Shown piece after piece: positions 48,791-57,324 of a DNA stretch of 64,000 nt (its first letter is position 1; each line of letters begins with the position of its first letter). A program made the translations under genes and the position numbers. Below the pieces are notes generated by a model. The model saw only the letters and a program-made list of their open reading frames with translations. It was not told where the DNA came from and ran no database searches. Origin of the DNA: Acidobacteriota bacterium (GTDB lineage: Bacteria > Acidobacteriota > UBA6911); NCBI GenBank assembly GCA_963664705.1, contig OY761556.1:4416001-4480000 (forward strand). The letters are read 5' to 3'.

Positions 48791-51520
48791 GTGACCACTA
48801 ATCAAATCCCAGCGCTCCCCTACGAAAAATACCAACTGAGAAACGGGCTCGAGGTTATTCTTCTCGAGGATCACCGACTGCCGCTTGTCGCCGTAAATAT
48901 CTGGTACCACGTCGGCCCCGCGAACGAACGTCCGGGCCTGACCGGATTCGCCCACCTGTTCGAACACATGATGTTCGAAGGCTCCAAACATGTCGGGGCA
49001 AAAGCTCACTTCCTTTACCTTGAATCAGCCGGGGCAAGCAGCATCAACGGAACAACCGATTTTGATCGCACCAACTATTTTGAAACACTCCCATCAAACC
49101 AGCTGGAACTTGCCCTGTGGCTGGAAAGCGACCGCATGGGGTTTCTGCTGGAAAATCTGGATGACGAAAAACTGGAAAACCAGCGCGATGTCGTGCGAAA
49201 TGAACGCCGCCAAAGCATCGAGGGCGCTCCTTATGGATTAGTCCAGGAAGAGCTGTTTCATCAACTCTTCCCCAAGGATCATCCATATTATGCTTCGATT
49301 ATCGGGTCCCACGAAGACATCGAGGCTGCACGGCTAGCCGATGTCCGCGAGTTCTTCCAGCTGTACTACTCACCCAGCAATGCCAGCCTTGCCATTGTGG
49401 GAGATATCGATCCCATAAAAACACGCGAACTTGTGGAAAGATATTTTGGTCCAATACCGGCGGGGAAACCGGTGCCGCGCGCTGCCGTTGCAACACCACC
49501 CATCGGGGCTCAGAAACGCGCTACCGTCACCGACCAGGTAGAACTGCCGCGGATCTTCATGTCATGGCTGACTCCGGCAATCTTCTCCCAGGCCGACGCT
49601 GAGTGCGACCTGCTGGCGAGAATCCTGGGTGGAGGCAAATCGAGCCGGTTATACGAAAGACTTGTATACGAAGACAGAATTGCCCAGGACGTCGGAGTCC
49701 ATCAATCGTCCCTTGCGCTGGGATCGATCTTCGCGATTGAAGCCACCTGCAAACCGGGCATTGACCCCTCCCAGGTTGAAAACGCTATCTGGAAAGAACT
49801 CGACAGACTCCAACAGGAGGGCCCTACACAGGAAGAACTCGAGAGAGCCCGGAACACCATCGAATCCGCCATCATTCGCGGCCTCGAGAGTCTTGGAGGG
49901 TTCGGTGGCGTGGCGGATCGGCTGAACCAGTACAATCACTTCCTGGGAGACCCGGGATACCTTGCCAAAGATCTGGAACGCTATCGACGGGCTACGGTGG
50001 ATTCCCTGCGCCGGCTGGCTAAGGAGGAACTGAAAGATAAAGGGTGCGTGATCCTGTATGGCGTACCCGGTCCGAAAGTTGTGCATGATGTCCCCAGATC
50101 CTCGCACGAGCCCACCGCATCGCTGCAAAATGGGGATCCCATTGCCGGCCAGGAATGGAGGGAAACGACTCCGGCCCCAGGCCCATCCCATCCACTCAGT
50201 CTTCCTGTCCCAAAGGAATTCCGGCTGCCCAATGGCTTAACGGTTCTCCTGGTTGAACAGCACAACCTGCCGATAGTGTCGGCCAACGTGATTGTGCTCA
50301 GCGGCAGCGAGCGCAATGCACCGAACCATCCGGGCGTGGCCTCGTTCACAGCCGAGATGCTGGATGAGGGGACCGGGAAACGGTCTACTCTGCAAATCGC
50401 CGCAGACTGCGATCAGATTGGTGCTTCGCTGTCGTCCGGATCGTCTACCGATCTTTCCTATGTCGCGGTCCGCACATTGAAACGAAATGTCGATGCGGCT
50501 TTTGAGCTGGCTTCCGATATTCTTTTGAACCCGGCCTTTGATCCGGCGGAAATCGAGCGCATCCGCAACGACCGGCTGACGCAGATCCTGCAGCAGAAAG
50601 ACAATCCGGGGGCACTGGCTTCCAAGGCATTCTTTAACGCGATCTACGGTCCCGGTCATCCCTACGGATATATAGATGTCGGGACGGAAGAATCCAATCG
50701 CACCATGACACGGGATCTTCTAACAGGATTCTATGAGGCCGGGTATGTCGCCGCAAATTCGGCGCTGGTTGTGGCCGGGGATATTACGGAATCGGAACTG
50801 CGCAGCCTGGCGGAAAAGAGTTTTGGAAGATGGACGCGACCCGGGTCCATTTCACAGATCCCTGCGGTTGACATCAAACCCGCGCGCCGCATTGTCATCG
50901 TGGACAAACCGGACTCGCCCCAAACCGTGCTCCGCATCGGACACATCGGCACCTCCCGCGCAAATCCGGATTATGTGGCCATCGATGTCATGAATACAGC
51001 CCTGGGGGGGCTGTTCTCGAGCCGAATCAACCTGAACTTGAGAGAGACCCATGGATATACCTATGGGGCCTATTCCGCGTTTGTGTTCCGGCGCGGGCCG
51101 GGGCCCTTCATGGTCGGGACTTCTGTTCGAACCGATGTGACGGCGCCGGCCGTGGCGGAAATCTTCCGGGAACTGGACCGTATACGTCAGGAAGAGGTTA
51201 CGCAGGAAGAGCTCCTGACGGCCAAGGATTCATTGTCCAGATCCTTGCCGGGACTGTTCGAGACGACGCCGGAATCAGCATCCAGCATCGGGCAGCTTTT
51301 CGTCCACAAGCTGCCATTGAACTATTATCATGACTGCCCGGAAATGATTGACAGCATTTCCGCATCCCAGGTGCTCGAAGCCGCCCGAAAATATCTTCGC
51401 CCGGAAGAAGCGGTTATCGTGGCAGTCGGAGACCGGGCCAGGATTGAGCAGGAATTGGAAAAGCTAAACCTGGGTTCGATGGAGATTCGGGACGCAAATG
51501 GAAATATTGTCGCCAAGTAG
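48791..51520 (+). CDS. M16 (pitrilysin/PqqL-like) zinc peptidase
   Basis: Inverted zinc motif HLFEH, NGTTDFDRTNY, duplicated M16 halves, LRETHGYTYG. Confidence 0.93.
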   Translation: MTTNQIPALPYEKYQLRNGLEVILLEDHRLPLVAVNIWYHVGPANERPGLTGFAHLFEHMMFEGSKHVGAKAHFLYLESAGASSINGTTDFDRTNYFETLPSNQLELALWLESDRMGFLLENLDDEKLENQRDVVRNERRQSIEGAPYGLVQEELFHQLFPKDHPYYASIIGSHEDIEAARLADVREFFQLYYSPSNASLAIVGDIDPIKTRELVERYFGPIPAGKPVPRAAVATPPIGAQKRATVTDQVELPRIFMSWLTPAIFSQADAECDLLARILGGGKSSRLYERLVYEDRIAQDVGVHQSSLALGSIFAIEATCKPGIDPSQVENAIWKELDRLQQEGPTQEELERARNTIESAIIRGLESLGGFGGVADRLNQYNHFLGDPGYLAKDLERYRRATVDSLRRLAKEELKDKGCVILYGVPGPKVVHDVPRSSHEPTASLQNGDPIAGQEWRETTPAPGPSHPLSLPVPKEFRLPNGLTVLLVEQHNLPIVSANVIVLSGSERNAPNHPGVASFTAEMLDEGTGKRSTLQIAADCDQIGASLSSGSSTDLSYVAVRTLKRNVDAAFELASDILLNPAFDPAEIERIRNDRLTQILQQKDNPGALASKAFFNAIYGPGHPYGYIDVGTEESNRTMTRDLLTGFYEAGYVAANSALVVAGDITESELRSLAEKSFGRWTRPGSISQIPAVDIKPARRIVIVDKPDSPQTVLRIGHIGTSRANPDYVAIDVMNTALGGLFSSRINLNLRETHGYTYGAYSAFVFRRGPGPFMVGTSVRTDVTAPAVAEIFRELDRIRQEEVTQEELLTAKDSLSRSLPGLFETTPESASSIGQLFVHKLPLNYYHDCPEMIDSISASQVLEAARKYLRPEEAVIVAVGDRARIEQELEKLNLGSMEIRDANGNIVAK

Positions 51521-51592
51521 TTTATGGAGAATTCCCGGTCTTGTTTTGTCGGAATTCTCTCGATTGGCGCTTTTCTGTGATAAATTTTGAAT

Positions 51593-52996
51593 ATGCAACT
51601 AGATATAAAGATTCAGGGACAAACTCTGAACCTTACCCAGGAAATTCTTGATCGCTACAACGTTGCGGGTCCACGGTACACCAGCTATCCGACGGCTCCG
51701 GAGTGGTCGGATTCCTTCGGCCCGGCAGACTACGAAGAGGCATTAAAGAAGTCGAATGAGGCAACGATTCCAAGGCCGCTTTCGATGTATATGCACCTTC
51801 CCTTCTGCGAACGGCTGTGTCTGTTCTGTGGATGCAACGTCATCATCAACAAAAACCATGAAGTTTCGATCCCCTACCTCGGAAGGCTCAAATGGGAAAT
51901 CGACCAGCTTTCACGCCGGCTCGACACTTCCCGCCAGGTCGTCCAGTTCCATTGGGGAGGCGGAACTCCAACATACTTCAGCGCCGAACAACTCGAAGAT
52001 CTGTTCGGCTATACCAGTGACCGCTTCCGCATTGCTTCCGATGCGGAAATCGGCATCGAAATCGATCCCCGCGTGACACGCGAATCCCAATTGCAGACGC
52101 TGCGCCGCCTGGGCTTCAACCGTCTCTCCATGGGAATCCAGGATTTTAATCCCGAGGTTCAGAAGAGGGTCCGACGCATCCAGTCCTTCGAGGATACTAA
52201 AGCCCTGTTCGACACCTGCCGTGCACTCGCCTTTGAATCGGTCAATATCGACCTGATCTATGGGCTTCCGCTGCAGACGCCGGAAAGCTTCCTGGATTCG
52301 GTTGAGAAGGTAATCAGCCTGGGCCCGGATCGCGTAGCCATGTTCAGCTACGCCCATGTCCCCTGGCTGAAGAAGCAGCAGGGATCCTTCGCAAAACTCG
52401 TCCCTCAAGGCATGGACAAATTCAATATATTCCGGGCAGGCATCGAACGCTTTACGCAGGCGGGATATGTCTATGTCGGGATGGACCACTTTGCCCGTCC
52501 GGATGACGAACTCTGTCGCGCTCAGAAGGATCGGACTTTGCATCGGAACTTCCAGGGCTACACGACAAAGGCAGGAGCGGATCTGATTGCACTAGGCGTC
52601 AGCTCGATCAGCGGCCTCGACCGGGTGTATGCGCAGAATTTCCGGGATCTCAAGGATTACAATGCGGCCATCGACAGCCATGCCCTTCCCATCATGCGCG
52701 GCATTCATCTGACCGATGACGATGTTATCCGGCGGACCGTGATCAGCAAATTGCTTTGCCACTGTGTCCTTCACAAGAAGGAGATCGAATCGGAGTTCAA
52801 CATTTGCTTTGATGAATACTTCGCGGATGCTCTCTCGCGACTTGAAGTTTTGCAGCGTGATGGTCTTGTTACATTAGAGTCCGATACAATTTCCGTCACT
52901 CAGCTTGGGCGAATATTTATCCGAAATGCAGGGATGGTTTTCGATAAGTATCTCCTGAATCCGAAGAATAAGCCTGTTTTCTCCAAAACTCTTTAG
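51593..52996 (+). CDS. hemN: oxygen-independent coproporphyrinogen III oxidase
   Basis: GPRYTSYPTA, HLPFCERLCLFCGC, HWGGGTPT, GMDHFA, LHRNFQGY. Confidence 0.95.
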   Translation: MQLDIKIQGQTLNLTQEILDRYNVAGPRYTSYPTAPEWSDSFGPADYEEALKKSNEATIPRPLSMYMHLPFCERLCLFCGCNVIINKNHEVSIPYLGRLKWEIDQLSRRLDTSRQVVQFHWGGGTPTYFSAEQLEDLFGYTSDRFRIASDAEIGIEIDPRVTRESQLQTLRRLGFNRLSMGIQDFNPEVQKRVRRIQSFEDTKALFDTCRALAFESVNIDLIYGLPLQTPESFLDSVEKVISLGPDRVAMFSYAHVPWLKKQQGSFAKLVPQGMDKFNIFRAGIERFTQAGYVYVGMDHFARPDDELCRAQKDRTLHRNFQGYTTKAGADLIALGVSSISGLDRVYAQNFRDLKDYNAAIDSHALPIMRGIHLTDDDVIRRTVISKLLCHCVLHKKEIESEFNICFDEYFADALSRLEVLQRDGLVTLESDTISVTQLGRIFIRNAGMVFDKYLLNPKNKPVFSKTL

Positions 52997-53016
52997 TATT
53001 CCTGACTCGCAACCAC

Positions 53017-53054
53017 TTGTGAAGATGGCCGCGGCTCCGCCGCCATCTTCACAA
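53017..53054. repeat. 13-bp perfect inverted repeat between hemN and hemH
   Basis: TTGTGAAGATGGC-N12-GCCATCTTCACAA. Confidence 0.75.
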
Positions 53055-53068
53055 ATCCTGGCCTCGAT

Positions 53069-54058
53069 ATGAATAGAGGGGTGCTGCTTTTCAACTTGGG
53101 AGGCCCTGAAACCCTGGACGACGTCCGGCCGTTCCTCTACTCTCTATTCTCCGACCCGGAAATCATCCGGATCAAGAATTCCCTTCTCCGCCGGTCGCTG
53201 GCATGGGTGATCGCCGAAACCCGGCAAAACAAATCCCGGGATTTATATCGACAGATCGGCGGCGGCTCCCCGCTGCGCCAGATAACCGAAAAACAGGCAG
53301 AAGCATTGGCAACTGCACTAAGAGCGGTAGGACTCGATTCGAGGGTTTATGTAGGGATGCGCTGCTGGAAGCCGACGATCGACGAAGCGGTGAAACGCAT
53401 CCAGGAGGACAAGATCAACCGCCTGGTTCTCCTGCCCCTCTTTCCCCAGTACTCGGTGACCACAACCGGATCCTGCCTGAAGTACTTCGAACTGCTGGAT
53501 GCGAAACTCGGGCTCTCCTCCCGGGTCCGCATTTCAACCATCAAAACATGGTTTGAGGATCCATTTTATATCGACTCCATGGCGGCCCTGATCCGGAACG
53601 AATTGCCGAAGTTTTCACAGGATCCCAAATCGGTTCACTTGCTGTACAGCGCACATTCCATCCCAGCCAGCTATATTGCCCACGGAGATCCATACCTGGA
53701 TCAAACCAGCCGGACAGTGGCATTGATCAATAGCCGCCTGGGAAATGGACATGCGTCCACACTGGCATTTCAGAGCAAGGTCGGACCGGTGAAATGGCTT
53801 GGGCCTTCAACCAGCGAAGTCCTGAAGGAACTGGGCAAGACAGGCAATACCGCCGTGCTCACCATCCCTGTCAGTTTTGTTTCAGACCACATTGAGACGC
53901 TGCAGGAAATTGATATAGCCTATCGGAGAATCGCGTTCCAGGCAGGGATCACGGAATTCCGGCGCGTCCCTTCGCTGAATCTAAATCCAAAATTTATCGG
54001 GGCCTTGGCCAATCTTGTCATTGAGGAACTGCGCCGGGTAACGACGGGCAACCCGTAA
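53069..54058 (+). CDS. hemH: ferrochelatase
   Basis: LFNLGGP, GGGSPL, LFPQYSVTTTGS, SAHSIP, SFVSDHIETLQEID. Confidence 0.95.
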   Translation: MNRGVLLFNLGGPETLDDVRPFLYSLFSDPEIIRIKNSLLRRSLAWVIAETRQNKSRDLYRQIGGGSPLRQITEKQAEALATALRAVGLDSRVYVGMRCWKPTIDEAVKRIQEDKINRLVLLPLFPQYSVTTTGSCLKYFELLDAKLGLSSRVRISTIKTWFEDPFYIDSMAALIRNELPKFSQDPKSVHLLYSAHSIPASYIAHGDPYLDQTSRTVALINSRLGNGHASTLAFQSKVGPVKWLGPSTSEVLKELGKTGNTAVLTIPVSFVSDHIETLQEIDIAYRRIAFQAGITEFRRVPSLNLNPKFIGALANLVIEELRRVTTGNP

Positions 54059-54088
54059 GGCGCGCGGCCAAAAAGGGAGCTTTAGACC

Positions 54089-54604
54089 TTAGCGAAGGTT
54101 GGCGATCTCTTCCCGCAGCTTTTTAGCCATTCGGGGGTTGTACCCGGTCAGGATATCGCGGACAACGCCTGTCTTGTCTATCAATACCTGCATCGGAATC
54201 GCTTCCGTCCCATACCTGCTGCCCACTGTGCCGGCCTCATCCAGCAGAATCTGGGATTTCAACTTCTGTTGCCGCATGTATTCGAGGACGGCATCCTTGG
54301 GTTCCTGCAGGTTGATTGCAAGGAGAACCATCGTGTCCGGGAATTCCTTCTGGAGATCTTCCAAAACAGGCATGGTCATGCGGCAGGGGCCGCACCAGGT
54401 TGCCCAGAAATCCAGCAACACAACTTTCCCTCGATATTGATCAAGGGCGACCTGTCGGCCATTGATATCCGGAAGCTTGAAAGCCGGAGCGGGCCGCCCG
54501 GTTTCCAGAACATCGCCTTGAGAAGAACGGCGGGCACAACCTGAGATCACTAAAGCAAAAACAAGCACCATCGCGCTTACGATAAAAAGTTTCTTTGCCT
54601 TCAC
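54089..54604 (-). CDS. TlpA/ResA-family thioredoxin-like lipoprotein
   Basis: GTG start behind GGAGG, lipobox ISGC, FWATWCGPC. Confidence 0.9.
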   Translation of the reverse strand: MKAKKLFIVSAMVLVFALVISGCARRSSQGDVLETGRPAPAFKLPDINGRQVALDQYRGKVVLLDFWATWCGPCRMTMPVLEDLQKEFPDTMVLLAINLQEPKDAVLEYMRQQKLKSQILLDEAGTVGSRYGTEAIPMQVLIDKTGVVRDILTGYNPRMAKKLREEIANLR

Positions 54605-54718
54605 GGTAGCAACCTCCTGCGGCGGGCCTGGAACCAGCACCCTTCAGAACGAACTGTGAAGTATACCCCAAGAGCCGGACACTCGAAGACTGGAATAATT
54701 TGCGCTAAACTGGGGCCA

Positions 54719-55168
54719 ATGATCCGTCAATTCCGCCCAGAAGACGCTCAAGCCTGTTGCACGCTCATTCATGCGTGCCAATCCAGTGATCCGGGCATGT
54801 CCCCGGGTCTGCTCAAAAAGCTAAGGAAAGCCGAAACGCCGCAGTCAATGGAGGAACGCGCACGGTTGTTTTACGTGGCGGTGTATGAAGATACGCAAAG
54901 GATATTGGGAATCGTCGGCCTGGATTTGAACGAAATCCGAATTCTATGTGTCGCCCCTGGATATCAACGGAGCGGCATCGGTCGGGCGTTGCTCGACCAT
55001 ATCCGCCCCATGGTGCCCAAAGCCCTGTTCCCCGATGTTTTTGTTTATTCTTCGCCCGAAGGAAAGGAGTTTTATAAAGCGCTCGGATTTCTTGAAAAGG
55101 GTCCGGTTGAGTTCAGCATCGACGGAGAACAGATGCCCGCGATATTTATGATTCTGCCGCTTGAGTAA
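54719..55168 (+). CDS. GNAT-family acetyltransferase
   Basis: VAPGYQRSGIGRALL, FYKALGF. Confidence 0.88.
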   Translation: MIRQFRPEDAQACCTLIHACQSSDPGMSPGLLKKLRKAETPQSMEERARLFYVAVYEDTQRILGIVGLDLNEIRILCVAPGYQRSGIGRALLDHIRPMVPKALFPDVFVYSSPEGKEFYKALGFLEKGPVEFSIDGEQMPAIFMILPLE

Positions 55169-55397
55169 AAATTGGTAACACCTGCCGCCGTTGCATTATG
55201 AATTATCATTTCACAATCCATAGAATAAAATTCAATTTTTTGATTTCTTTATTTGCGTTTTAGCCGAAAATAAATATGATAGGTAGCACTTAAATATGAT
55301 TTTTATTTAAGCAGCAGGCATTACGATTAATACTCAGTTTCGAGCCACCCCTGGAAGGCTCGGAAAACGCGCAATCATCAATCTGGTAGATAGGATA

Positions 55398-56213
55398 ATG
55401 AAGGGACGATCCTACATTACTGTTTTGTTTGTTATTGTGGTTCTCCTATTCTCTTCGGCTGCCGGATACTCCAAGACTTCGGCCCGTAAGCGGGCTAAAC
55501 GTGTATCTCAAAAGACCACCCAAACAGGACAAAAATACACGGTTCACCCGGGCGACAATCTGGGAAAAATCGCCAAGGATTTCGGCATCACAACCAAGGC
55601 GATTCAAGCGGCCAACGGGATGAAGAACAACAGGATCAAAGCGGGCCAAGTCCTGAACATACCTGTCTCGAAAACGGCAAAAGCCAAACAGGAAAAAGCA
55701 CCGGTAAAACCGCAGCTGCCCGACATTCTGAATACGTTGAACAAGGCAACCTATATGTCCGCGGTAGCTCCGGCTCCTGCCGACACGGAAGAGGTAAAGG
55801 ACTCTGAAGATATCCCGACGAGGATTCGTCTGGTGCAGGCCGGGTTTGAAATGCTCGGCGTGCGCTATCGTTTCGGGGGATCCGGATCCAGCGGAATTGA
55901 TTGTTCCGGCCTGGTAAAAAATCTTTTCTCCAAATTCAACATTGATCTGCCCAGATCTTCGAAAGAACAGTACCAGCAGGGAAAGAAAGTCAGCAAAGAT
56001 GACTTGCAGGTTGGAGACCTGGTTTTCTTTTCCTCAGGTGGTACCCAGCCGACGCATGTTGGGATTTATATAGGCAACAACCAGTTTTTGCATGCGGCTC
56101 GAAAGGCCAAGCAAGTGGTTGTCAGCGATCTCAGCAAATTGTGGTATACGATGCGCTACCTTGGAGCCCGACGAATCGCCGGACTCTGGGGGGATGACCC
56201 GGTTACCGAATAA
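55398..56213 (+). CDS. secreted LysM + NlpC/P60 peptidoglycan endopeptidase
   Basis: Signal peptide, YTVHPGDNLGKIA...GQVLNIP, GIDCSGLV, HVGIYIG...FLHA. Confidence 0.93.
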   Translation: MKGRSYITVLFVIVVLLFSSAAGYSKTSARKRAKRVSQKTTQTGQKYTVHPGDNLGKIAKDFGITTKAIQAANGMKNNRIKAGQVLNIPVSKTAKAKQEKAPVKPQLPDILNTLNKATYMSAVAPAPADTEEVKDSEDIPTRIRLVQAGFEMLGVRYRFGGSGSSGIDCSGLVKNLFSKFNIDLPRSSKEQYQQGKKVSKDDLQVGDLVFFSSGGTQPTHVGIYIGNNQFLHAARKAKQVVVSDLSKLWYTMRYLGARRIAGLWGDDPVTE

Positions 56214-56297
56214 TCTTCGCTCTCAAAAGCAGCCACTAATTCCACGAATTCCCACGAATTTAGTTGATCAAATTGTATCCAGCCCAATTAGATAGGT

Positions 56298-56663
56298 ATG
56301 TTGCTGAACAAGGAACTATCCTATCGCATTGTGGGAGCAGCCATGGAGGTGCACCGTGAACTCGGTTGCGGCTTCCTCGAAGCAGTGTACGAAGACGCAC
56401 TGTGTCACGAGTTCATTCTGAGCAGCATCCCATACCAGCGCCAGGTGGAGATTCCAATCTATTATAAGGGAGTTCGGATGGGTAAATATTTCGCCGATCT
56501 CCTGGTCGATGGGACGATCATTGTTGAAATCAAAGCTGCCTCCGGCTTTGCAGAGAGGCATATAGCTCAGGCGCTGCATTATCTGGCTGCAACGGATCTT
56601 AGATTGGCAATCCTCATTAACTTTGGCACTCAATCCCTGCAAACAAAGCGTGTTATCCGGTGA
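56298..56663 (+). CDS. GxxExxY protein (PD-(D/E)xK nuclease-like)
   Basis: HRELGCGFLEAVYEDAL, FADLLVDGTIIVEIK, QALHYL...LINFG. Confidence 0.93.
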   Translation: MLLNKELSYRIVGAAMEVHRELGCGFLEAVYEDALCHEFILSSIPYQRQVEIPIYYKGVRMGKYFADLLVDGTIIVEIKAASGFAERHIAQALHYLAATDLRLAILINFGTQSLQTKRVIR

Positions 56664-56762
56664 TTCGTGTAAATTCGTGGAATTCGAAGCCAAGCAGCCA
56701 CTAATTCCACGAATTCCCACGAATTTTATTGATCAAATTGTATCCAGCTCAATTAGATAGGT

Positions 56763-56903
56763 ATGTTGCTGAACAGTGTACGAAGATGCACTGTGCCACG
56801 AGTTCATTCTGCGTTGCATTATCTGGCTGCAACGGATCTTAGATTGGCAATCCTCATTAACTTTGGCACTCAATCCCTGCAAACAAAGCGTGTTATCCGG
56901 TGA
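56763..56903 (+). pseudogene. internally deleted GxxExxY copy 2 (46-codon mini-ORF)
   Basis: Lacks the equivalents of 56311-56384 and 56421-56571; ATG to TGA stays open: MLLNSVRRCTVPRVHSALHYLAATDLRLAILINFGTQSLQTKRVIR. Confidence 0.85.
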
Positions 56904-56991
56904 TTCGCGTAAATTTGTGGAATTCGAAGCCAAGCAGCCACTAATTCCACGAATTTTTTGATCAAACTGTATCCAGACCAATGAGACAGGC

Positions 56992-57132
56992 ATGTTGCTG
57001 AACAGTGTACGAAGAGGCACTGTGTCACGAGTTCATCCTGCGCTGCATTATCTGGCTGCAACGGATCTTAGATTGGCGATCCTCATTAACTTTGGCACTC
57101 AATCCCTGCAAACAAAGCGTGTTATCCGGTGA
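56992..57132 (+). pseudogene. internally deleted GxxExxY copy 3 (46-codon mini-ORF)
   Basis: Same two deletions: MLLNSVRRGTVSRVHPALHYLAATDLRLAILINFGTQSLQTKRVIR. Confidence 0.85.
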
Positions 57133-57324
57133 TTCGTGTAAATTCGTGGAATTCGTGGCCGTTTTTGTTTTTGCAATCTGAAATTATCATGTTGTGGTAT
57201 GCTTGCGCACTCATGACAATGCAGTATCAGCATGAAGCAGTAGCCCGGCATCATTGTCTGAAAAATTGTTTTAAGCTGAAATACGCCCAATTTCAGCCAT
57301 TCTGATCACTAAAAGGAGCGAAGC

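Larger units (their letters stand above)
56227..57159 (+). mobile_element. tandem array of three GxxExxY cassettes bounded by CACGAATT-type inverted repeats
   Basis: Units 56227-56691, 56692-56931, 56932-57159. Outer ends GCCACTAATTCCACGAATT (56232-56250) and AATTCGTGGAATTCGTGGC (57141-57159) are complementary at 18/19. Mobility is inferred. Confidence 0.6.

Noticed and set aside
56227-57159. Repeat array read as a CRISPR array or integron cassette array
   Set aside because: The inter-repeat sequences are copies of one gene rather than unique spacers. No cas or intI gene and no attC RYYYAAC/GTTRRRY ends were seen.
57194-57210. Possible sigma54 site upstream of gdhA (TGGTATGCTTGCGC)
   Set aside because: The GG-to-GC spacing is 9 nt instead of the required 10.
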